A stretch of DNA of 64,000 bases, from positions 992,001 to 1,056,000 of the forward strand of contig CM000434.1 of NCBI GenBank assembly GCA_000165345.1. Direction: 5' to 3'. The translations under genes were made by a program, and so were the position numbers. The notes under the pieces were generated by a model. That model was not told the origin of the DNA, did not search any database, and saw only the letters and a program-made list of their open reading frames with translations. Positions 45,387 to 53,695 of the stretch are shown one piece after another (within the stretch, counting starts at the first letter, position 1; each line of letters opens with the position of its first letter).

Positions 45387-47120
45387 TTACCTAAATGTAG
45401 AGGGAGCAAAATTTGGGTACTGGGGATTTTGTCTTGGGTCAGAGGAATAGTTATTAAACTGTCTTGCAGTAGAAATTTGTTGTGCTTGACCCATTTTATG
45501 AGGTAAATTATTAACTTGAGAAAAATTTGCAATCCTAACATTAACGCTGGGTTGAGGATTACTCGGTCTAAAATTGGTTTCGTAATTGCTAATTCGAATT
45601 GCATTAAATGTGTTAGTACTAACATTTGGATTTGATGAACAAGTTTGGTGATATATATTAGGTATTTCAACTCTTTGATTATTGTTAGAATTGTTCGGAA
45701 AGATTACCTGAGACTTAGGAGGAGCAAGTCTATATGTGATTGTATTGGTAGTATGTGGCTCATTATTTATGGGTATAGAGGTATTATATATAGTAGATTC
45801 AATATCTTGGGTCTTTTTTGGGGTTGCTGCTCTTACTCCGTTTGATTCTGTTTGTACTCTTTCATTATTTGTAGTAGTATTTGTTGCCTTATTGCTTGTA
45901 TGTTCATTAGATTCTTCAGTATCTGCTGATTGCTCCATCTCCTTATACCATTGTGTAATTAATGGATAAGACATAACAGCTTGAAAAAGATCATGTAATT
46001 TTGGGAATTCTTCGAGTAGTTTTTCTGTAGAAACATCATTCTCATTTAGGAATTTGGAATTTTCTTTGATTAGAATAGAATCATCATAAATAATACTGAA
46101 TAAGAAAAGCTCAGAATAGCTTGGGCAATTACACAATTGTCTTGGGACTTCTTTACCTTCTGCTGTAGTAGAATCCAAAGCAATAGCTTCGCCTTTTAAT
46201 GGAATAAATGGATTTGCAGAAAAATTGGACAAAATAGCTTCAACAGATTTAAAGAATTTTCTTCTAGATTTCAGATAATTCTTATAGTAATTATCATCAG
46301 AAACTGCAGCTCCAGAGGTCTTTTTTGTATCTTCAATAATTTTGTTAATATTTCTACTGAAGTTTGTCATTCTAGAACTGTTCAAATCTGTTTCAGTAGC
46401 TTCTTCTTTTGTATCTTGGAACATTTTACTTTCGGAAATTTTCTCAAGTATTGCAAGAAGCAGCTCATTTCTCCACTCAGAAAGGGTTTCAGAAAATATA
46501 TCCAAAGCATAGTCCCTATATGCATCAATTCCATACTCACCTATCTTTTTGGCAATATATCTCAAAGTAGGAACAGTACCAAATAAATGAAACTTATTGT
46601 TATGTATGATCAATGGATAAGAAAATCCAGAATCTTGATCAACTGAGGAAGAATAAACACCAATATTAATGTTCTCATCATTCAATGAAATATTAACAAA
46701 TGAGTGCTTAATTTGCTTGCAAAGCATAAAGAATCGGATTGCCCCACCAAGTCCTACATATTTTCCTAGATCATAATAATGAGCAACAACACTTCCAATA
46801 TCAGTGATAGAAACAATTTGCTTCATTCCAGAAATTGAAGTATATGCTGCAGTTGTAAAGTTTGGAATACTTGGAGAAAATTGGGAATAATCCATTGGGT
46901 TTACAAAATTATTTCCTCTTTGATAAATATCCTTTGGAGAAACCCCATGCAAATTCTGATATGAAACAAATCTATTTCCATTACCTTGTACACCCCAATA
47001 GTGAGGGTCATTGCCTTGATTAGGTATGTTTGCTTCTCCTGTCATATTTTCCCTCTGATTTCTTCCCATATTCAACAAGTTTGCCAGCCCTGAAGTCCAG
47101 GAATTTATTGTATTATTCAT
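45387..47120 (-). CDS. GST-fold (thioredoxin-like N + helical C domain) protein with N/Q-rich N- and C-terminal extensions
   Basis: 577 aa. Central region shows GST-like betaalphabeta (KQIVSITDIGSVVAHYYDL…), the GTVPTLRYIAKKIGEYG motif, and a C-terminal helix EFPKLHDLFQAVMSYPLITQWYKEM. Flanked by Asn/Gln/Pro-rich low complexity. Confidence 0.55.
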   Translation of the reverse strand: MNNTINSWTSGLANLLNMGRNQRENMTGEANIPNQGNDPHYWGVQGNGNRFVSYQNLHGVSPKDIYQRGNNFVNPMDYSQFSPSIPNFTTAAYTSISGMKQIVSITDIGSVVAHYYDLGKYVGLGGAIRFFMLCKQIKHSFVNISLNDENINIGVYSSSVDQDSGFSYPLIIHNNKFHLFGTVPTLRYIAKKIGEYGIDAYRDYALDIFSETLSEWRNELLLAILEKISESKMFQDTKEEATETDLNSSRMTNFSRNINKIIEDTKKTSGAAVSDDNYYKNYLKSRRKFFKSVEAILSNFSANPFIPLKGEAIALDSTTAEGKEVPRQLCNCPSYSELFLFSIIYDDSILIKENSKFLNENDVSTEKLLEEFPKLHDLFQAVMSYPLITQWYKEMEQSADTEESNEHTSNKATNTTTNNERVQTESNGVRAATPKKTQDIESTIYNTSIPINNEPHTTNTITYRLAPPKSQVIFPNNSNNNQRVEIPNIYHQTCSSNPNVSTNTFNAIRISNYETNFRPSNPQPSVNVRIANFSQVNNLPHKMGQAQQISTARQFNNYSSDPRQNPQYPNFAPSTFR

Positions 47121-47493
47121 TTTCCCACTTGTAATTATTTTTAAAGATACTGAGCAATGCTTTATAGTTTTTAAAAGTCAAGAAAATCCACAGTCCATCC
47201 ATGTACATGGGTATTGCATCCCCAATGATAATTACTTTAAGTTTAATTTTTGTTTGAGCGCGCTTAGTGTGGATTATAATGTTGAGATCTTTAATTAATC
47301 AATTCAGAAAATTATATATTATTTGTGATTGCACCCCTCCTTGTTCAAATAAAAACTTTCATACAATATTTCAATTATTTACATAAAACTCTTATCTTTC
47401 TTTAATTTCCGTTTTAATATAACCCTTTTTTTTGCTTGTATTATTTTTTTTCTTCTAATTTAATTTAATGTTATAAATATTAATTTAAAAAAT

Positions 47494-47818
47494 CATGTGG
47501 ACATTGCATGAATTTTTCTTTTCAACATGCAATAATTCTTATTGCTAATCGCCGGTATAGAAAAAATTCACTTACTCACATTTACACGTATGCAACTGGC
47601 ATGCATGCAATTACAATGCAAGCTCATGTGGACAAATAAATTATTAAAAAAAACAATGTACAAGGTTCTAAAAAAATCTTAAATTCAATATAATTTTAAC
47701 TGCTTTATTTATTTTCTATAATTTTTAATTAAACAAGAAAAAACAATTTTTAAGTTTTTTTCAAATATATTTGCAAAGTATCACCTCAAATAATTTGAGA
47801 AAAAAAAATGCGGGAAAG
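47494..47818. promoter_or_regulatory. divergent promoter (GST-like / ProRS): catgtggacattgcatgaattttt (47494), ggcatgcatgcaa (47598), tgcgggaaag (47809)
   Basis: Motif cluster in 850-bp spacer. 24-mer shared with 58683-58704. Confidence 0.5.
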
Positions 47819-47971
47819 CTGCTTTATATGGGAATTGTCCCAATTTTATTAGTCAAATTGAAATGAAACCCGTAATAATTATTTAAAAAAAAAAAGCCAT
47901 CAAAAAATAAATTTATTAAAAGTACCAAAAGAAATAATAAACAACTAAAAGTTATAGAATTTAAGATAAAG

Positions 47972-50038
47972 ATGTCAGTGGATGAAAAACTATACTCCGA
48001 GGTATTAGATCAATTGAGCAAGCTCTCTATAAACTATTCTAAGTTTGATCATGATGCTACCCCAAATATGGAATCTATGGTGGAAGTGCTTAAAGAGCAG
48101 GCAGAAAAACACAATACTGACTTTGCAAAAAATCTATTAATAAAATCAAAAGGTAACGAAGGCTTATTTTTTGTTTTGGCACACCACGAAACCGATACGA
48201 AAATGAAGAACCTTGGGCAGATCTTTGGTGTGAGTGGAAACAAGCTTAGATTAGCTGATGAAGATGTTTTAAATGATACTCTTAAGGTAAAAAGGGGATG
48301 CTTAACTCCTTTATCTTTAATATTTGAGAAATCTGGAGGAATTCAAGTTTACTTTGATGAATGTCTTAAAGACAAGAAAGTATTTGTACATCCACTAACC
48401 AATACTGAAAGCTTTTCAATCCATATTAATGACATTGTAAAATTTGCTGAATCATGTGGAAAGAAAGTTAAATGGTTTTCTATGGATAATTTAGAGGAAC
48501 AGAAACCTGCAGGAAAGCCTGAAGAATCTAAGGAAAACGAAAGTTTGCTTGGAATTACAGCAGACAAAATAACTTCTTTTGCAGACTGGTATTCCCAAGT
48601 TATAGTAAAGTCTGAAATGATTGAATACTATGATATCTCTGGGTGTTACATATTACGCCCATGGAGTTACTTTATTTGGGAAACAATTCAAAGCGTTTTC
48701 GATCAGAAAATCAAACAACATGATGTACAAAATGCCTATTTCCCCATTTTTGTAACCCAAAAAAAGTTAGAAACTGAAAAAGATCACGTTGAAGGATTCT
48801 CTCCTGAAGTTGCATGGGTAACTAAATCAGGAAAATCAGATTTAGCCGAGCCAATAGCTATCCGTCCAACATCTGAAACAATCATGTATCCATATTTTGC
48901 CAAATGGATTAGATCCCATAGGGATTTGCCACTTAAGATTAATCAATGGACTTCCATTGTAAGATGGGAATTTAAGCATCCAACTCCATTCATCAGAACA
49001 CGTGAATTTTTATGGCAAGAAGGACATACAGCCCATTCTACTAGAAAAGAGGCTTTAGAAATGGTTGACATCATTTTAAATGAATATGCATCTATTTATG
49101 AAGATTTATTGGCAACTCCTGTAGTTAAAGGTACCAAATCTGAGAATGAAAAATTCCCTGGGGGTGATATAACTAAATCAATTGAAGGATTCATTCCAGA
49201 AATTGGTCGCGCTGTTCAGGCTGCAACTTCTCATTTACTTGGACAAAACTTTAGCAAAATGTTTGGTGTTGAATTTGAAGATGAAAAAGGAAACAAAGAA
49301 TATGCACATCAAACTTCTTGGGGCTTAACTACAAGAGCTATTGGTGTTATGATTATGACACATGGAGATAATAAAGGTTTAGTATTGCCACCTAAGGTTG
49401 CACCTGTACAAGTTATTATTATTCCCATCATTTTTAAAACCGTTATCACTGAGGAACAGAAGAAAATCTGCAATGAAGTGGAGTGTATTTTGAAGAAGGC
49501 TGGGGTTAGAGTAAAGATCGATGATAGATCTAACTATACTCCTGGCTGGAAATATAACCATTGGGAAGTTAAAGGTGTATGCTTGAGATTTGAAGTTGGA
49601 CCGCGTGATATCGAAAAGAGAAGTGTTCGTGTTGTTGTTAGAGATAATATGGAGAAAATGGATATTCCAATTTCCGAATTGGAATCAAAGATACCAAAGT
49701 TGTTGGAAGAATTCCAAAATAGACTGTTATTTAAGGCCAAACAACGACAAAATGAATCTATCATAAGAGTTGATACATTTGACAAAGTTATGGATACACT
49801 GAACCAAAAGAAGATGGTTATAGCTCCTTGGTGTGAGGATGTATCATGCGAGGAAGAAATTAAAAAGGAAACTGCAAGACTTAGTTTGGATAATGAAGAC
49901 AATCAGTCCATGACCGGTGCAATGAAATCCTTGTGTATACCTAATGATCAAATATTTAAAATAGAAGAAGGAAAAACAAAGTGTTTCTTCTGTGATAAAC
50001 TCGCAAAGAAATTTACACTATTTGGAAGAAGTTACTAA
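47972..50038 (+). CDS. prolyl-tRNA synthetase (class II) with N-terminal YbaK/ProX-like editing-type domain
   Basis: 688 aa. Class II motifs, eukaryote/archaeal-type ProRS C-terminal zinc-binding domain ending …FTLFGRSY*. ~200-aa N-terminal YbaK-like domain typical of apicomplexan ProRS. Confidence 0.95.
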   Translation: MSVDEKLYSEVLDQLSKLSINYSKFDHDATPNMESMVEVLKEQAEKHNTDFAKNLLIKSKGNEGLFFVLAHHETDTKMKNLGQIFGVSGNKLRLADEDVLNDTLKVKRGCLTPLSLIFEKSGGIQVYFDECLKDKKVFVHPLTNTESFSIHINDIVKFAESCGKKVKWFSMDNLEEQKPAGKPEESKENESLLGITADKITSFADWYSQVIVKSEMIEYYDISGCYILRPWSYFIWETIQSVFDQKIKQHDVQNAYFPIFVTQKKLETEKDHVEGFSPEVAWVTKSGKSDLAEPIAIRPTSETIMYPYFAKWIRSHRDLPLKINQWTSIVRWEFKHPTPFIRTREFLWQEGHTAHSTRKEALEMVDIILNEYASIYEDLLATPVVKGTKSENEKFPGGDITKSIEGFIPEIGRAVQAATSHLLGQNFSKMFGVEFEDEKGNKEYAHQTSWGLTTRAIGVMIMTHGDNKGLVLPPKVAPVQVIIIPIIFKTVITEEQKKICNEVECILKKAGVRVKIDDRSNYTPGWKYNHWEVKGVCLRFEVGPRDIEKRSVRVVVRDNMEKMDIPISELESKIPKLLEEFQNRLLFKAKQRQNESIIRVDTFDKVMDTLNQKKMVIAPWCEDVSCEEEIKKETARLSLDNEDNQSMTGAMKSLCIPNDQIFKIEEGKTKCFFCDKLAKKFTLFGRSY

Positions 50039-50207
50039 TACTTTGGACTTTATGGCTTTTAAAATTGTATTAAAAAGTTAAGGAATTAAAAAAAGCAAAA
50101 ACCATATCAAGCATTACATTTATTAATCATTTTTTTTTCCTTTTCAAATATACAATTTTACTATAACTACCAAAGTGCTAAAGTTTAGCTTAAGAGATAA
50201 AGATATT

Positions 50208-53200
50208 CTACCAATTAAGATCAAGCCTTTTGATTTGCTCCCCAATAGAATTCACATCCTTTCTAACTTTGGTTCTTCTATAAAATATAGGGCAATCTCT
50301 TGAAGTACAAATAATATCTTGGAAAGCACTTCCTTGGCACCTTTGGCACTGAGTCCAGAGTGAATTATATTCAATTTCTTTTTCTCTGAATTCATGAAGT
50401 TTATTAATAAGTACCGAACATTCCATATTTTCTTGTTTGGAACAATCTTTACAAAGTGGACCTTCCTTTATAATTGTTTTACAATTCATACACTGAAGAC
50501 CCTTCTTTACAAATCCTGCTAGAGCGCCTCCTGTAACACTCAAAACAGTTACAGATCTTGTATGGCTTCCTGAAAAGAGTTTTTCAGGATCCTTCATGAC
50601 TCCTTCAAAAACTCGAATTACTGAAGATTTTAGTGTATCTACATAATGTTGTGTATCAATTGCGAGATTATTTTCGAGTACATATAATGGATCTTCAGCG
50701 CGATCATATTGAGGCTGACCTTTAGCACCTTTAATTACTACATAAGAGACTCTGTCTCCAATATTTGGTGCAGATCCTGGGTCTCTTAATTTAAGCCTTT
50801 TTGCTAACTCAACATGAGCGAGTTTTGCAGTATAATCATCTTTTCCAAGACTCTTACTAACTACCAACAAAGACAAGTCTATTTTATTCTTTAGTAAGTC
50901 TGAAATTACATTTCTGGTATATTGTTTGGCTGCTTCAACATCTTTATCAACTAGAATCTTCTTTAAGACAGTATCAACCACTTTTTGTACAAGAAGACAG
51001 TTATCTCTTCTAACAGTCTCAATTCCCTTACAATCAATTCTCTCATGGAATTGTGGATTCTTAAAAAGTACTCCAGCATATCTTTTTTTATTCATCAATA
51101 AGAATGGACAATATACTTTTTCAAATTCTAATTTAATTGGTTTTACAAAGAGCTTACTTATTGAAGTTGCAGCTTCCAAACCAAGTTTCATTGCTTCTCC
51201 AATATCTGATACTCCAAACTGAATCATTACAGAATCTGTGTCACCATAAACAACTTTGGCATCAGCAGAATAACCATTTTCTTTTCTATATATCTTTTCA
51301 ACCTCATTTTTGGTAATATCAATCATTGCTCTACCATATGAAGTAATACTTGTTGAAAGTTCCAAGCATGGAAGTTGGCCTCCAGCCACTGCACCAGTAT
51401 ATCCATAAACACTATTTGCTGAAGTCTTTAAAGCAAGTTGTCTACCATTTAAAATAGAGATTAATGTTGGATCAGTTGCTTCCTCCATTTCTTTTTTGGC
51501 TTTCTTTCTTGCAGCTATAAGCTCTTCAACAATTAATGGAAGTATACCCTTTCTGACTGAAGATAATACAAAAGAATGACCAGTTGGAGAAGTCTTTCTT
51601 AAATCTTCTGGTACATTTTTAAGATTAAGTGGAGGAATTAGTGTAGAATAGCAAATATTGTGAGCAATCATAATTGAGGGATACAAAGAAGCAAAATCTA
51701 AAGTAGAAATTGGGTCCTTATAAAATCCTTTTAAAGGTTCTAATACAGTTGCTCCTTCATATTGGTTATCCCCATCAGATTGATTCTTTACTGTTGGCAT
51801 CAAGAAGTTGGTAGACTTACATTTCCTCAAGATTTGGCTTGTAACTTTAATTTGTTGGCCTCTACTTAGCAAAATATCTATTGTGGTACCCGTTACTCTT
51901 GCCATTTCTATAATATTTGGGAATAATTTCAAATGTTTCATAAGCCTTAATGGAAGTATTGAATCTTTGAGACAATATATTGCAATTCTCTTTCTTGTTT
52001 CAGGATTTCCATCTTGTAAGCCTCTAATCATTGAATAATGAACATCTTCTTTTTGTTCTTTTAGAAAGTTTGTGGAAACGTAGTTCAAAGAATAGCTTTT
52101 TAATTTGTGCTCTCTACGAATAGTCTCCAAAATATCCCATAGAATCCTTCCTTCAATATTAATCAATTTACTCTCATGAGTTCCAAATGCTCTGGATGAA
52201 AATCTGGTATCTTTACTTGTAATTTTTGTTTTAGCTAGCCTTGTAAAGAAGAAAAAATCATTCAATTGGAATAATTTAGCTCTTTCTAATAGGTAATTCA
52301 TATCAAAATTGATGCAATTATAACCTGTAATGACATCTGGATCTAATGCCAATAAAAAATCCTTCCATGCTAATAACATATCTTTTTCAGACTCAAACCA
52401 AAATACAAAAGCTTCAGCTACTGATGCACATTCTTTGAGAGTAAATATTACATTACAAATGGATTCAGGGCTATCTAGAAGTGTTACTACTGAAGATATT
52501 TGGATAACAGAATCTTTATGTGGCTCTGGAAATCCTACTCCAGACTCTGTAATGCATTCAATATCAAAAGAAAGTATTCTTATTGGTGGTAAAGTTGCCC
52601 ATTTCCCTGAGCTTCCAAGCACTATCAAATCGTCATAGAAAAGATCCATTTCTATTTGGCATGAACTAATTCTTTGAAATGGGCTTATCCTTACAAAACC
52701 TGCATCTTTAAAATCAAATTCTTGTCCTCCAAGTCTAATATACGATTTTTGCTTCGGTATCGATACCCATGATCCGGTACTTAAATCTCTATCAATTAAA
52801 TATCTTAGAATAAAAGGTATATTTGCTTCGTAAGCTTGAGGAATACAATCTAAATTCCCATTTTCTATCATAGATCTACAGGTGGGAACTAAGTTTGGTA
52901 GTTGTAGAGTGATTTTGTAGAACTGGGAATCTTCTATTTCTGAATCGCCTTTGTAATGCATTATTGATTCTTTTTTTAAAACTTGTACATTAAGGACATT
53001 TTTTCCTTCTGTTGCTCCTAATCCACTTTCAATTTGAGTTTTAATCTTTTCTGGATTAGGAGGTGTGCTTTTAGGTACTTCACAGTAGAGATAAGGAAAG
53101 AAACAGTGAATATTTATTAAAACTGTTATTCCGGTGCTGGTTGACCCAAATAGTTGTATTATTGGTGTTTCAATGTTGTCTTGGTTAGTCTTATTAGAAA

Positions 53201-53462
53201 ATACATTGTAAGAGCTTGAATTATACTTTTCATAAAACTCAGGTGATGGATTTTGGGAAGGAAATTTCCCAGTTGAAAACTTGGCATCCAATATGCAAAA
53301 GTCTAAATTATCATCTTTTGAAATATTCCCACATTGTGGATCAAGACTAACTTTGTTTCTTCTCCATCTATCCAGACAATTCTCAAAAAGCTTCCGAGAA
53401 GCTTCTGCATTCTCTTGGGTGAATCCTATGGTAGAAATTATTTCTTCCCCCTTTTCCATCAT
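50208..53462 (-). CDS. POLD1: DNA polymerase delta catalytic subunit (family B)
   Basis: 1084 aa. Exonuclease motifs (FDIE, YNCINFD), polymerase motifs (DFASLYPSIM, KxxxNSxYG, YGDTDS), C-terminal CysA/CysB zinc modules. Collinear with human POLD1. Confidence 0.95.
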   Translation of the reverse strand: MMEKGEEIISTIGFTQENAEASRKLFENCLDRWRRNKVSLDPQCGNISKDDNLDFCILDAKFSTGKFPSQNPSPEFYEKYNSSSYNVFSNKTNQDNIETPIIQLFGSTSTGITVLINIHCFFPYLYCEVPKSTPPNPEKIKTQIESGLGATEGKNVLNVQVLKKESIMHYKGDSEIEDSQFYKITLQLPNLVPTCRSMIENGNLDCIPQAYEANIPFILRYLIDRDLSTGSWVSIPKQKSYIRLGGQEFDFKDAGFVRISPFQRISSCQIEMDLFYDDLIVLGSSGKWATLPPIRILSFDIECITESGVGFPEPHKDSVIQISSVVTLLDSPESICNVIFTLKECASVAEAFVFWFESEKDMLLAWKDFLLALDPDVITGYNCINFDMNYLLERAKLFQLNDFFFFTRLAKTKITSKDTRFSSRAFGTHESKLINIEGRILWDILETIRREHKLKSYSLNYVSTNFLKEQKEDVHYSMIRGLQDGNPETRKRIAIYCLKDSILPLRLMKHLKLFPNIIEMARVTGTTIDILLSRGQQIKVTSQILRKCKSTNFLMPTVKNQSDGDNQYEGATVLEPLKGFYKDPISTLDFASLYPSIMIAHNICYSTLIPPLNLKNVPEDLRKTSPTGHSFVLSSVRKGILPLIVEELIAARKKAKKEMEEATDPTLISILNGRQLALKTSANSVYGYTGAVAGGQLPCLELSTSITSYGRAMIDITKNEVEKIYRKENGYSADAKVVYGDTDSVMIQFGVSDIGEAMKLGLEAATSISKLFVKPIKLEFEKVYCPFLLMNKKRYAGVLFKNPQFHERIDCKGIETVRRDNCLLVQKVVDTVLKKILVDKDVEAAKQYTRNVISDLLKNKIDLSLLVVSKSLGKDDYTAKLAHVELAKRLKLRDPGSAPNIGDRVSYVVIKGAKGQPQYDRAEDPLYVLENNLAIDTQHYVDTLKSSVIRVFEGVMKDPEKLFSGSHTRSVTVLSVTGGALAGFVKKGLQCMNCKTIIKEGPLCKDCSKQENMECSVLINKLHEFREKEIEYNSLWTQCQRCQGSAFQDIICTSRDCPIFYRRTKVRKDVNSIGEQIKRLDLNW

Positions 53463-53534
53463 CTTTGTTTCTTAATACCCCCTGTTTTCTTTTTTTATTT
53501 TGACAAGAGAAAACTCCTTTAGTTTAAGGCAAGC

Positions 53535-53558
53535 AAAAGGCGCCACCTCCCCACACTA
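53535..53558. promoter_or_regulatory. E2F + G-box module aaaaggcgccacctccccacacta in 233-bp bidirectional promoter of DNA pol delta and RecQ
   Basis: Only GC-rich element between divergent ATGs 53462(-) and 53696(+). Near-identical to 21864-21884. Confidence 0.65.
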
Positions 53559-53695
53559 TGTTAATTCTTATTGAAATGAATTATTTAAAATATAGTCAAT
53601 TTTATGTTTTTAGGTATTTTTGCATCAAGAAAAAAGGGACAAGAGTATTATTTCTTTTTTCCTTTAATATTGTGAGAAATAATATAACCCAATAA

